A stretch of 63,320 nucleotides of DNA, counting the filler, from Octopus bimaculoides (lineage: Eukaryota): assembly GCF_001194135.2 (NCBI RefSeq). It is 7 parts of 6 records of this genome, joined end to end, with 100 filler letters (N's around TTAATTAATTAA, not from the genome) between each part and the next. Parts side by side here need not be neighbours in the genome. Positions count along the whole stretch, not along the records: positions 12,373 to 33,577 come from NC_068991.1; positions 33,678 to 56,801 come from NC_068984.1; 5 more parts are not named here. The stretch is one strand, 5' to 3'. Below the pieces are notes generated by a model, which saw nothing but the letters and a program-made list of their open reading frames with translations, was not told the origin of the DNA and did no database searches. Both the position numbers and the translations under genes were made by a program. Below are positions 26,142 through 38,760 of the stretch, piece after piece. How positions within the stretch are numbered: the stretch's first letter is position 1; each line of letters starts with the position of its first letter.

Positions 26142-29100
26142 CGCACACACACACACGCACACGCACACGCGCGTGCAATGGCATGTAATGTCCATTCTTC
26201 TTCGAAGTTATTTTCCACCTACTTGTTCTCCTCAATCCATAAGCTTTCTAATTCCCACCCAATTTTACACATCCTACCATTAATCCCTTAAAATTATGCA
26301 TAACATGCAGAAAATAGTACTACGTAAATTTCGAAACGTTTCATCAATATAATAGAAGATACACAAACCTGTAACAAAACACTGTACGTACTAAAGGCAC
26401 ATAGAGCTGCAATAATTATAAATCTAACTTTTATGAAATTTCTTGGTGCATATACAAAACGGTGACTTTCTAAAGGTAAACATTTATTATCTTCAAACTT
26501 GATTAAAATAGATTTCTGTTTGGTAAATCTCCTCCCATACCACTTCTGTCATTTACTCATGTGTGTGTGTGTGTGTGTGTGCGTGCGTGTGTGTGTGTGT
26601 GTGCGCGTGCGTGTGTGTGTGTGTGTGTATGTGTGATTGCGCACATGCGTGCGTATGCGTGTGTATGTATAGGTTCTATGCGAATTTCTTTAGGACGTTC
26701 GAAAAAACGTTAAGCGAAAAAATATCTTGCTATTCTTTGATAAATACTATATGCATACATACACGCACCCACACACAAGACAAGTTTCTCCACAGTTTGC
26801 GTCTACCTAATTCCACGCAGAAAGTATTGGTCAATCTGAGGCTTTTGTAGAAAACATTTGTTTAAGTTGTCAGGAGAAAGACATGACTGCAAAGCGAAAC
26901 TTTTAATCTCACAGCCACGCCTGGCAGGTAGCAATTTCCGGAAGCTATGATACTAAGTTCCAACAGATATCTCAACTTCTATTTATGTTAGTCCAAAGAA
27001 AATATGTGGCACAATAGAAACAGAGGCATAAATGGAAGAGATAAGGTTACTTAATAAGGATTGTGAAAATCGACTGCTGATATCACGAAATTATTTTCAG
27101 ATTGTGTTGATTATCTGGTATACAAGACTGGTCCAAACAAAAAGGGAACATTAGACTGACGGACACTACATTCTTATTACACAACAGTTGTATATCTAGC
27201 TCACACGAGTACTATAAAGAAGCATTTAAACTGCGGAAGAAGCACATAAACATGATATGCAGAAATTGTCAATGTGAGCTCATTTGCGCGTGTACAGAGA
27301 TTTACAATAAACAATAACACGTTCTCAAATATTGAAACAGAAAAACTGGTAGAAAGAATATACACTGGAAATAAAACAAAACAATTGATTACAAATAAAA
27401 AAAGATGTCCTATCACAAAACAAGGAAAATATTATAACAACCCACCTCATACGAAATACATACTTAAGACTTCACAAAGGACAGAAAACAGCACAACAAA
27501 GACGACGATTACACCTACTATTAATGAGCCTACAGAACACATAAAAAATACTTCAGATCTTAACGTAAAACTAACGAGCAAAGCAGTCTAGTTAGTCAAC
27601 AACAGACACAAAAATAAAAATGGTGATGGAGACCATAGAATATCCCGTGTAACCATTCAACTTAATATACAACCAAAACAAAAGATGACCCTCACCCACA
27701 TACTTAACAAACAATAAAAGTACACATCGCAATAGATCCACTAGAGTTAACGTTAAAGATGAAACAATGAAAAAAGTAAAAGAGGGGAGTATTTAAAAAA
27801 AATCAATAAACATGGATCAACGGGAACATCTGCTCAAGCTACATACGAACAAGCAAAGAAAGAATATAATAGACTCCCCACACGAAATTCTGTCCAGTGA
27901 TGTATTTTGCAGCAATGATGATATAGACGAAAACCGAGACTGATCTTAATAGAATCAGGTTCTAACCCAAACCCCACTACCAAAAATGGGAAGAAAATAT
28001 ACTACAAACATTATTAAACAAGGCGAAGCCTATCCTTACCAAGTGAAATAGAAAAAGTGGGATCCAACATGAAAAGGAAAAGCAGAACACAAATAAACAA
28101 AAGTATAGTATCAATAAAGACAGAAAACGTTATGTAGGCAAAAGAAAAGCTTAAATAAACCTCTTCAGCAAAAACATGCAAGATAAAACACTTTGAAAAA
28201 CATGAATACTTCCAGGAGAACAAGGTATTTGAATTAAATCAACAGTGCAATTTACAACAACATTCATAAAATGCAAAACAAACAAACAAACGTCATCACC
28301 CTCCCCAAACAACAACGAAACACAACATAACACTAGAGAACACACGAACTTCAACAACAATTTACGAATTCTGGGAGAGAATATGGAGCAAAAACATTCG
28401 GCACAACTGATCAGAATGGCTGAGAGAAAAAATATGTAGCAATCACCCGATGTCGCGATTCGCTAAAATGTTACCTACGTATTCAACAAAATCTGTCCAG
28501 CCATGACTCTTTGTGGAATAACTTCCAGCGTCAATTTCCTCTTTTAGCGCACTTCTTTCTGAACTTAGCCATCAATATGAATTCGGCACACTTTGACTAC
28601 TTGACAGAGAACTTTGAGAGAGCATTGAGAGACAGCAGACACAAGATGGCGGATGGACGGTGGACAGACTCATATAGCTGCCGACTCGTGCCGTGACAGC
28701 AACCACAATGAACAATCGGCGAAAGCAACATAAACAATCGGCAGCTAGCTTTTTGACTACTATTACAATTACACCAAGAACAATAACATTCAAACTCACT
28801 CGACATTTCGTTCTTTGTAGTAACGACAGTATTTGTTTTTTGTGTACGAAAGCAATAAAATTTTGTTTATCAAAAATCGCAACAGATTCACAGTTCTTCG
28901 TACATATATAACAGAACAGTTGAATGTTTTAATTGAAGAAAACAATGTATCAAGGCAAATAGAGAGTAAATAACATGGGAGGCTGGGGGAACAACTCCAG
29001 GATTGCCTTAATGGAGGAATAATACCAGATTGGATGATAGAGGGAGGACGATACTCATTATGAAAGATAAAAGGGTAATACAGCTAGCAATTATAGGCCA

Positions 29101-30185
29101 ATCACTTGCTTACCACTAGTGTGGAAGCTATTAATAAGAATGCTTTCAGAAGGCATTTATGAGCACCTTGACAACCAGAATTTACTGCCAGAAGAACAGA
29201 AAAGTTGCAGGAAAAAGGCCAGAGGAACGCAGGATCTATTATATATAGACAAAGCAATTCTAAATGAAGTAAAGTCAGAAAGAAAAATGTGACAATAGCA
29301 TGGATAGATTATAAGAAAGTCTATGACATGATCCCACACTCATGGGTAAGTGAATGTTTGAGTATATTCTGCATAGCTGACAACGTAAGAGAATTAATTA
29401 GCTTTAGCATGAAGAAATGGAAAGTAGATCTCTATCAGGTGACACAATCTTAGAGAAAGTTAATACCAAGAGAGGAATTTTGCAAGGGGACTCGTTATCC
29501 CTTTTAATATTTCTCTTATGTTTGATCCTCCTCAGTTTAGTATTAAGGAAGGCAAAGGCAAGGTATCAGTTCAGAAATAATAAGGGGAAATTAACCATTT
29601 GCTCTACATGGATGATCTGAAGCGTTTTTAGTAAGAATGAAAAAGAGATAAATTCCTTAATACAGACTGAAAGACTCTTCAGCAAAGATACAGGCATGGA
29701 ATTTGGCATAGATAAGTGTGCAATATTAGTCATGAGGTAGTCAACAATGGGGCAGGTAGTCAACAATGAAGGCATCCAATTACCAGATGGCCAGACATTA
29801 GAATCATTGAAAGGAAGAGAGAATTATAAGTATCTAGGAGTATTAGAATCTGACAGAGTACTAACTATGGAAATGAAAACGGAAATGAAAAAGAATATAT
29901 TAGAAGGGTAAAGAAGCTAATGAAGTCAAAGCTAAATGGTCAGAATCTAGTAAACGTTGTAAATATTTGGGCAGTATCATTACTTAGATACTCAGCAGCT
30001 TTTATAGATTGGACAAAAACTGAATTAGCAAAGCTAAACAGAAGAATTAGGAAGGAATTCAATATGAATGGAGGACTCCACCCAAGAGCAGGAATAGATT
30101 ATACTTAATTAGAAAGGAGGACGGAAGAGGGTTAATATCAGCAGAAGATTGCGTGAAGTTAGCTAGAGTAGATATAGACTCCTAT

Positions 30186-30369
30186 TCTATATTTAAGAGA
30201 CGAGGAATTATGTACATTATTTACATTATTTACAATTGACGGATATTTGTCCTTATCTTGTTTGTTGTCAACACAACGTTTCGGCTGATATACCCTCTAG
30301 CCTTCATCATGTGTCTTGGGGGAAATTTCAAACCTGGGTTCTCATTCCTAAGGTATTTTTCGATGTTAC

Positions 30370-30461
<92 letters not shown>

Positions 30462-30700
30462 TCACTGCTTGGAATCGAACTCGGAATCTTGGGGTTAATA
30501 GACCACGCTCTTAACCACTACGCCACTAATAATAATAATAATAACATCGAAAAATACCTTAGGATTGAGAACCCAGGTTCGAAATTTCCTCAAGACACCT
30601 GATGAAGGCTGGAGGATATATCAGCCGAAACGTTGTGTTAACAACAAACAAAATGAGGACAAATATCCGTCAAATTTAAATTGTGTAAATAATGTAAACA
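30186..30700 (-). mobile_element. Hammerhead-tail SINE-like element, most complete copy
   Basis: Exact 14-bp TSD ATATAGACTCCTAT at 30172-30185 and 30701-30714. tRNA-like head at 30456-30527 on the minus strand (A box TGGCGTAGTGG, B box GAGTTCGATTCC), (AAT)n, hammerhead arm 30365-30186, and an inverted second arm at 30543-30700. Confidence 0.85.
30594..30639 (+). ncRNA. Minimal type I hammerhead ribozyme motif
   Basis: GACAC CTGATGA A GGCTG gaggatatat CAGCC GAAA C GTT GTGTT. Stem I is GACAC/GTGTT and stem II is GGCTG/CAGCC. The predicted cleavage is after 30634. The palindromic AACGTT stands in place of a looped stem III. Confidence 0.7.
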
Positions 30701-32041
30701 ATATAGACTCCTATGTTGGTAATAGTAAAGAAAGATTATTAAAAGCTGCTAGAGTCATAGCAAGACATAGGGAAACTAAAAGCCCAAACGAAGTTAAAAA
30801 CCAAAAAAATGAACAGAAGTTACCTGACTGGCAGGAGAAGGTTTTGATAGATTCCCAAATATAGTGGCAGTAAATAGTAGTAGTGAGACATAGTTAAGGT
30901 TGCAGAAAGGAAGGATGAAACAGGAGACAGAAAGTTTGTTAATAGCAGCACAAAATCAAACATTAAGGACTAACTGGATAAAAGCCAAGGGTGACAAAAA
31001 CCAAGTAGATTCCCATTGCAGGCTATGCAAATCAAAAGAGGAAAGGATTTAGAAGTAGTAGATAAAGAGAATAGAAAGTGCCAGATAATTGACTTTACAG
31101 TCCTAAATGAAGAAAAATTCAATATGAGAGGTATAGAAAAAGTAGCAAAGTAGCAGGATCTAGCCATAGAATTACAGAGACTATGGAAAGTGTGGGTAAA
31201 ATGTATCCCAGTAGTTATAGTTGCATTGGAAACTATCCCTAAAGATTTGAATATATAAATACATATACATATATGTATATATATANNNNNNNNNNNNNNN
31301 NNNNNNNNNNNNNNNNNNNNNNNNNNNNNNNNNNNNNNNNNNNNNNNNNNNNNNNNNNNNNNNNNNNNNNNNNNNNNNNNNNNNNNNNNNNNNNNNNNNN
31401 NNNNNNNNNNNNNNNNNNNNNNNNNNNNNNNNNNNNNNNNNNNNNNNNNNNNNNNNNNNNNNNNNNNNNNNNNNNNNNNNNNNNNNNNNNNNNNNNNNNN
31501 NNNNNNNNNNNNNNNNNNNNNNNNNNNNNNNNNNNNNNNNNNNNNNNNNNNNNNNNNNNNNNNNNNNNNNNNNNNNNNNNNNNNNNNNNNNNNNNNNNNN
31601 NNNNNNNNNNNNNNNNNNNNNNNNNNNNNNNNNNNNNNNNNNNNNNNNNNNNNNNNNNNNNNNNNNNNNNNNNNNNNNNNNNNNNNNNNNNNNNNNNNNN
31701 NNNNNNNNNNNNNNNNNNNNNNNNNNNNNNNNNNNNNNNNNNNNNNNNNNNNNNNNNNNNNNNNNNNNNNNNNNNNNNNNNNNNNNNNNNNNNNNNNNNN
31801 NNNNNNNNNNNNNNNNNNNNNNNNNNNNNNNNNNNNNNNNNNNNNNNNNNNNNNNNNNNNNNNNNNNNNNNNNNNNNNNNNNNNNNNNNNNNNNNNNNNN
31901 NNNNNNNNNNNNNNNNNNNNNNNNNNNNNNNNNNNNNNNNNNNNNNNNNNNNNNNNNNNNNNNNNNNNNNNNNNNNNNNNNNNNNNNNNNNNNNNNNNNN
32001 NNNNNNNNNNNNNNNNNNNNNNNNNNNNNNNNNNNNNNNNN

Positions 32042-32560
32042 AGAAAAGATAGTATAGGCACACGCTAGAAAAGTCACAGAAAATGAGAAAGCAAACATAC
32101 TCTGAGATATGCCAATACACACAGAGAAATTAAGGCCAATAGGCCGGATATAGTTGTCAGAGATCACCAAGAAAAAAAAGGCTCTCTAATCGATGTATCA
32201 ACACCAACAATGTTGGTCTAAAAGAAACGGAGAACCTTTCAAAATACAAAGATCTGAAAATAGAGGTAACTCGAATGTGGAGCCTAAAAACAGAAACAAT
32301 TTCTATCATAATAGGCGCATTAGATACGATAAAAAAACAAGCAAAAACATTCAGACAAATACATAACAAAAACACCAGGACTTACAAGTATATATAACAT
32401 ACAGAAAATAGCACTGCTAGGTACCGGACACATCCTACGTAAAGCACTTTCAATAAAGTGAAAATAAGAGTATCGCAACAAGCCACAACACAAACCCAAG
32501 GCACACACAGCTGCGCTCAGTAGTGCAGTGAAAGTACGTGATAGAAATAAGACTAACAAA
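32042..32560 (+). mobile_element. R4/Dong-type LINE 3' end (RLE endonuclease region and 3' UTR)
   Basis: KVTENEKANIL.DMPIHT..EIKANRPDIVV (RPDIVV at 32141-32158), ENLSKYKDLKIEVTRMWSLKTETISIIIGAL, GTGHILRKALS. Confidence 0.85.
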
Positions 32561-32630
32561 TAATAACAACAAATATGTGTGTCTGTATACACACACACAC
32601 AAATATTAATGTGTATATATATATATACAT

Positions 32631-32663
<33 letters not shown>

Positions 32664-33189
32664 NNNNNNNNNNGTATATATCGATATACTTATATACATA
32701 CATACGTATATATATATATACATATATACGTATATATATACATACATATATGATACATATATATATACATACATACATACATATATACATATATATATGT
32801 ACATATATACATACATATATATATATATATGTATACATACTTACACATATATATATATTATGTACATACAAATAAATAATTATACGTACATATATTTATA
32901 GATTCACATGCGCGAGCACACACACATATGCAGGCAGTGAGAGAGAGAGATACATACATGCCGTTGTATGAAGTGTATGTAAAAGTACTTATACATGCTT
33001 AAACTGACAGGTAGTTGGAGGGAAATGTAATTCTATTCAGAAGATTATTAATTCCATTAAAGACGATTGACTTGATAAAATGTGCGGCTGTTATCAGCAA
33101 ACGAAGCCAACCAATTGTTGATCAGTTTTGCAATATAAAAAATGCCACCCACAATGATGATGATGATGACGATGATGATAATAATGATA

Positions 33190-33235
<46 letters not shown>

Positions 33236-33305
33236 TAATAATGATAAAATATTATAATATAACATAATATAATATAATGATAATAATAATAATAATAATA
33301 ATAAT

Positions 33306-33577
33306 ATATTCACAGACACGACAGAGTTGGGACCTATATACACTGGGAGCTGTGCCAACACTATGGAATAACAACAGAGAAAAGATAGTATAGGCACACG
33401 CTAGAAAAGTCACAGAAAATGAGAAAGCAAACATACTCTGAGATATGCCAATACACACAGAGAAATTAAGGCCAATAGGCCGGATATAGTTGTCAGAGAT
33501 CACCAAGAAAAAAAAGGCTCTCTAATCGATGTATCAACACCAACAATGTTGGTCTAAAAGAAACGGAGAACCTTTCA
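33306..33577 (+). mobile_element. 5'-truncated R4/Dong-type LINE fragment starting at an (AAT)n tract
   Basis: RHDRVGTYIHWELCQHYGIT followed by sequence identical to 32042-32240. Confidence 0.85.
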
Positions 33578-34570
33578 NNNNNNNNNNNNNNNNNNNNNNN
33601 NNNNNNNNNNNNNNNNNNNNNTTAATTAATTAANNNNNNNNNNNNNNNNNNNNNNNNNNNNNNNNNNNNNNNNNNNNATATATAGGGAGAATTCACAAAA
33701 CACAAAAGACGAAGACAGGTGGTGTACAAAACAAACGGATGTATTAGTATAACGCTCGGGAATTGAAAAAGTCCACAGAAAGGAACACAGAAAGAAACAA
33801 GGAGAGAAAAAAAATGTGTGTGGTATACGTATATGCAAAGGCTTGGCTATGGTAACAAGTGTGCTTCCCAACTGAGGCGGTGAGCTGGTAGAAACGTTAG
33901 CACGCCGGGCGAAATGCTTAGCGGTATTTCGTCTGCCGCTGCGTTCTGAGTTTAAACTCTGCCGAGGTCGACTTTGCCTTTCATCCTTTCGAGGTCGACA
34001 AATTAAGTAGCAGTTGCGCACTGGGGTCAATATAATCGACTTAATCCTTTTCTCTGTCCTTGTTTGTCCCCTCTATGTTTAGCACCTTGTGTGCAATAAA
34101 GAAATAAGAAACGTTAGCACGCCGGGTGAAGTGCTTAGCGGTATTTGTCTGTCTTTACGTTATAAGTTCAAATTCTGCCGAGGTCGACTTTACTTTTCAT
34201 CCTTTCGGGGTCGATAAATTGAGTACCAGCTGATCGACTGGCCCCCTCCGCAAAAGTTTCGAGCCTTGTGCCTAGAGTAGAAAGGAATAAGTGTGTTTCC
34301 CAACTTCATGGCTTTGGGTTTAGTCCCACTGCATAGCACCTTAGGCGAGTCTCTTCTTAAATAACCCAGGATCGACCAAAGCTTTGTGAGTGGATTTGGT
34401 TACTGGAAACTGAAAAGTCCCGTCGTTTATGTATGTATGTGTGTGTGTGCGTGTGTTGTGTACATGCTTATATGCATATATATATATGTAAACAGAGAGA
34501 GAGTGGGGAGGGCGTCTGGTAGAGAGTCATATTTAAATCTATATCATTAAGTCAATGGTGGTTCACTTAC

Positions 34571-34733
34571 TTGCGTAAATATTTGATGACATTTTCTATC
34601 CAAATGCGGCGGTTTTTAGAACTGGCTACCATAGGTATAAAAGGCTCGGAACCAATAATCCAGCCACCCACAGCCAATAGGACCTTTAATTTGGGGTTCT
34701 TTCTTTTCAGTGCTAATGTCCGAGCGTAAAGAC
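34571..34733 (-). CDS. GH18 chitinase-like gene, third coding exon (not in the ORF track)
   Basis: tttctatatttaag acceptor, 163 nt, AA|GTAAGT donor, phase 1 to phase 2. Encodes (G)LYARTLALKRKNPKLKVLLAVGGWIIGSEPFIPMVASSKNRRIWIENVIKYLR(K), containing the GH18 K.LLAVGGW motif. Confidence 0.95.
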
Positions 34734-37635
34734 CTTAAATATAGAAAAAATTTATATATTTATTTTACTTAATTTATTTAACTGATATGGAGAACAAGCA
34801 AGACGTTTTTTTTTATTCTTATATCATCATAGAGCGGATTTCAACAAGAATAGATCGAGTTAGTCCTACACTGTGAACATTTGAATTATATTATCGAAGA
34901 TAAAAGGTGGCGAGCGAGTAAAATCGCTAGCGGCATTTCGTCTGTCTCCACGTTGTGAGTTTGAATTCTGCCGAGGCCAATTTTCCTTTCATCCTTTCGG
35001 GATCTATAAAATAATTACCAGTCGAGCACTGGAGTCGATATAATCGACTTGCCTTGCTCCCCTAAATTACTGGCCTTGAGCCAAAATTTGAAACCAATAT
35101 TATAGAAGATAGAATGATGCAGCTTCTTTCTAGTTAGATTAAGGACTTCGTATAAACCCTACATTTATCTCAGTAGTACATAAACGGCGCCCTGCGTGGG
35201 GTGTCTAGGTATTCTTTTATTCTTTTACTTGTTTCAGTCATTTTGACTGCGGCCATACTGGAGCACCGCCTCTTGTCGAACAAATCGCCCCCAGGATTTC
35301 TTCTTTGTAAGCCTAGTACTAGATTACGGAGGCGTAAAAAAAACCAGCATCGGTTGTCAAGGGATGGTGGGGCACAAACACTGACACAAATACATATATA
35401 TAAATATATGTATATATACGACGAGCTTCTTTCAGTTTCCGTCTACCAAATCCACTCACAAAGCTTTGGTCGGCCCGAGGCTATAGCAGAAGACACTTGC
35501 CCAAGGTGCCACGCAGTGGGAGTGAATCCGGAACCATGTGGTTAGGAAGCAAGCTTCTTACCACACAGCCACTCCTGGTACAGATTTAAAAAAAAAAAAA
35601 AAAAAAAAAAAAGCAATGTTATGGTTTAGTAAATTTTCACTAAATGAGCGTTTGGAAGACGGTAAGACCGTGTTATTCATCTTTTTATGCATGTAAGTAT
35701 GTTTAATAAAACAACGCACGCAATTGCCTACGATAAATTTTTAACTGTAAATCAGATATTTTCAAAACACTCCATTTACGTTAGTAAATTTTTATCTATT
35801 CTCTTAGTGGACTATAAATTCAAAATGTCTGCTGACCACGGGTTTAGTCTTTTAATAAAATCTTTTTGGTAAGTAGTCACCATTGGTGTAAGCTTGCTAG
35901 CCATTTCCATTAATTCCTGGCTGGTTATGTGATCGGGTACAGACAGAGCCCGTCTGTTTCAGTAGCAATCACCGTCAGATTCTTCAAACTTTGAAGAGTA
36001 TAGAAAATAACAAGATGCACACAACACAGGTTTACTATATAGTATACCTAAAGTGTATGAAGTAAAATATATCCAATAAAAAGATCTTTGAATTTCCACC
36101 AAAACAGCGATCAGGTCTACTTGGCATTGTACGTCTTCTGAGGGAAAAGCAGACCGAACCGGTGCTCCGTCAAGTCTCAGCATTTAATTATAAAAATGGT
36201 GTTTAGTTTTTGGGATGTGTACCTGCTACAACAAATAGGATGGTGTCATCCCTCAAATGATCATCCCTCTGATAGATAAATCTTTACTCACTAATACACA
36301 TCTAACCAAGCGTCGTACTATGTACCCCACTATGCAGTAGTGTAGCTAGGGGCTGTGAGAAGGTGGTCCGCCCCAGACAACGACATTTATGGGGGTGGAA
36401 TTTTGGGGCCTGATGTATAAACCTGTGTAGGTCTAGGGGCCCGGAGCCGCCACAAACTGGAGGGCTAGCTCAAGCGACACACACTCCAGCTATGCGACTA
36501 CCCTCTATGTAACTTTTACGGCAGCTACAGCAACTCCTGTTCCTCTGAACAGGAAGATTTTTTTCCCGACTCTTTCTATGCCTATTTGAAATACATTCCA
36601 TTCATGACTTCATCATCTAAATAGTTTGGGAAAGAAAAATCTCTCCAGAATATTCTCCACGTCTACTTGTTCTACTGAGTCGCCAACTGGCATGAATTCA
36701 AATTCGACAACTACTTCAAATTTGCCAGCACTGGTGGCCCTGCGACGGCCGAAGGCTAACACCATCTCAAAGTATCGGATTAAACAATACAAATATCAAT
36801 AAAGCTGTACATCGCTGATGAGGCCAGAATAATCCCGAAACAACTTACCTTGTCTTTGCTAAGAAATGTAAATAATATTAATCATTGATTAAAATCGCTT
36901 CTGTTTTCTTTTTCTTACTACATACCTATTTCTGATTTCTTTTGTTAACACTTGCTGCATTAGATATTTTACCAATAAATTAACTATTGTTTTTTTTGGT
37001 TGTTTTTTTTTGTGCAGAGGTAGTCTCTGAATTATATGATACTTATTTCATCGACTTTATCATTGAAATGTGAAAGACAAATCCACCCAGACAGGGTCTT
37101 CACTAAGGGCATCTAAGTACTATAAGGAACCAATATTACAATGAATCAATACCGATTGTCCCCATCCAACAACTTTATACGACTATTTCTAAATTAGAAA
37201 CATGACCAAAAATTTAGGGGAGAGGAATAATCGATTACAGCAGCTCCAGTATTTGATTGATGGTTTATTTTATCGACCTTCGAAGGATGAAATACTGAGT
37301 TGATCTCGGCCGAGATGTGAACTCAGAATGTAAAGAAATGAGACAAAGAGCGCAAAGAATTATTAATTTGATGCTAACCCACATTATTCATCATCCGTGC
37401 ACAATAATCCTTCCTAATTTTGTTATAAGGCCAGTATTTTTGAGCGGAGGGGACTAAGTCGATAACACAGACCCTAGTATTTGACTGATACTTATTTTCT
37501 TAACCCTGAATGATGGAAAGGAAAAGTTGACCTCGACAGGATTTGAACTTAGAGCATAAAGCCTCTAAACACTTTTTTCGACGTGTTAGCGATTCTGCCA
37601 GCTTGCTGCATTAATCCGTAAGCAATATGTTGTTA

Positions 37636-38026
37636 TTGGCACTCCGTCGCTTACGACGTCGAGGGTTCCAGTTGATCCGATCAACGGAACAGCCTGCTCG
37701 TGAAATTAACGTGCAAGTGGCTGAGCACTCCACGGACACGTGTACCCTTTACGTAGTTCTCGGGGATATTCAGCGTGATACAGTGTGACANNNNNNNNNN
37801 NNNNNNNNNNNNNNNNNNNNNNNNNNNNNNNNNNNNNNNNNNNNNNNNNNNNNNNNNNNNNNNNNNNNNNNNNNNNNNNNNNNNNNNNNNNNNNNNNNNN
37901 NNNNNNNNNNNNNNNNNNNNNNNNNNNNNNNNNNNNNNNNNNNNNNNNNNNNNNNNNNNGGAATCGAAACCGCAATCCTATGACCGCGAGTCCGCTGCCC
38001 TAACCACTGGGCCATTACGCCTCCAC
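37636..38026 (-). mobile_element. SINE family B in chitinase intron 2
   Basis: Both ends match 10440-10807. The middle is an N gap. Confidence 0.8.
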
Positions 38027-38086
38027 CCGTAAGCAATAATAACGAAGGTAATGAGAAAATAAAATAGAATATATGAATAAATTTAC

Positions 38087-38269
38087 CTGTTCCAGGTGTA
38101 ATGTCGTTCCAGTTAAAAGGTGTCAGGTTACGACCATCATCAGATATGTCAACGAATGCATATATGACGTGAGTACATAAAGAGGGATCGATATTTTCGG
38201 GTAAGAATTCACCAACGCCTGGCCGGGTCTGTGTAAAGCTGCTATAGTAGCAGAATACCTTCTTAGATC
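38087..38269 (-). CDS. GH18 chitinase-like gene, second coding exon
   Basis: tttctttccag acceptor, 183 nt, ACAG|GTAAAT donor, phase 1 to phase 1. Encodes (G)SKKVFCYYSSFTQTRPGVGEFLPENIDPSLCTHVIYAFVDISDDGRNLTPFNWNDITPGT, matching the GH18 N-terminal CYY..RPG..F.PENIDP.LCTH.IYAF signature. Confidence 0.95.
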
Positions 38270-38504
38270 CTGGAAAGAAAAAAGAAGCGAGGGAGAAATA
38301 GAGACAGAGGAGGAGGGTCATATATTCATCCAAATACATATAGTATAAAATACGTATGAAGCACATTGCCATATATACAAGTTCATGCATACATACATAC
38401 ATACATACACTCACACTCAGATACACACACGCATGCATACATACATACATACATACATACATACATACATACATACATACATAATATATATATACATACA
38501 TATA

Positions 38505-38760
38505 TAGTCTACCCAGATTGCAAGTTCAGGTTTATACCTGTAATTATTGGCGCACTGGGGTATGTAACACACTGCCTAAATACCAATTTGGAAAATTAGG
38601 ATCTCAAAACCAGAAAGGGGAAAGCTGATTCGAAGACTAGAGATCCAATCCATCCCTGGAACTACAAAAATCTGTAAAACTTCCCAAAAGTTTATCATTT
38701 AAGTATATATGAGTATGTCTATATGTATGAGAAGACATACATAAAACAAAACATGCAAAT
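38505..38760 (+). mobile_element. 3' end of a second RLE-type LINE family, inside chitinase intron 1
   Basis: YPDCKFRFIPVIIGALGYVTHCLNTNLEN, then IRRLEIQSIPGTTKICKT, resembling the terminal IGALG..L...GT.KI block of RLE LINEs. Flanked on both sides by (CATA)n. Confidence 0.65.

Larger units (their letters stand above)
28940..31245 (+). mobile_element. Degenerate non-LTR retrotransposon of R4/Dong type (reverse transcriptase plus RLE C-terminus)
   Basis: NYRPITCLPLVWKLL, PEEQKSCRKKARG, AWIDYKKVYDMIPHSW, RGILQGDSLS, YMDDLK (29605-29622), CRLC zinc-knuckle remnant and DLAIELQRLW. Many stops and frameshifts. Interrupted at 30186-30700. Confidence 0.9.

Noticed and set aside
30456-30527. tRNA gene (also the tRNA-like heads at 15-90, 4361-4430 and 10735-10807)
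   Set aside because: A and B boxes are present, but I could not fold a complete cloverleaf with an acceptor stem, and each head runs into a repeat body. These are SINE heads.
32042-33577. Two identical LINE segments (32042-32240 and 33372-33577) as a recent tandem duplication
   Set aside because: One starts at a gap and the other ends at a spacer, and they share the same lesions. Assembly redundancy cannot be excluded.
1-33577. Further chitinase exons (FDG.D.DWE.P, M.YD, GAM.W, chitin-binding domain)
   Set aside because: I searched by eye on both strands and did not find them. They may lie in N gaps or on another scaffold piece.
36815-36850. CTGATGAGGCC...CCCGAAAC hammerhead-like string and an adjacent minus-strand GTAAG donor
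   Set aside because: Stem II is only 2 bp and there is no cleavage triplet or stem I. The 10-nt putative exon does not continue the chitinase frame with a GH18 motif.
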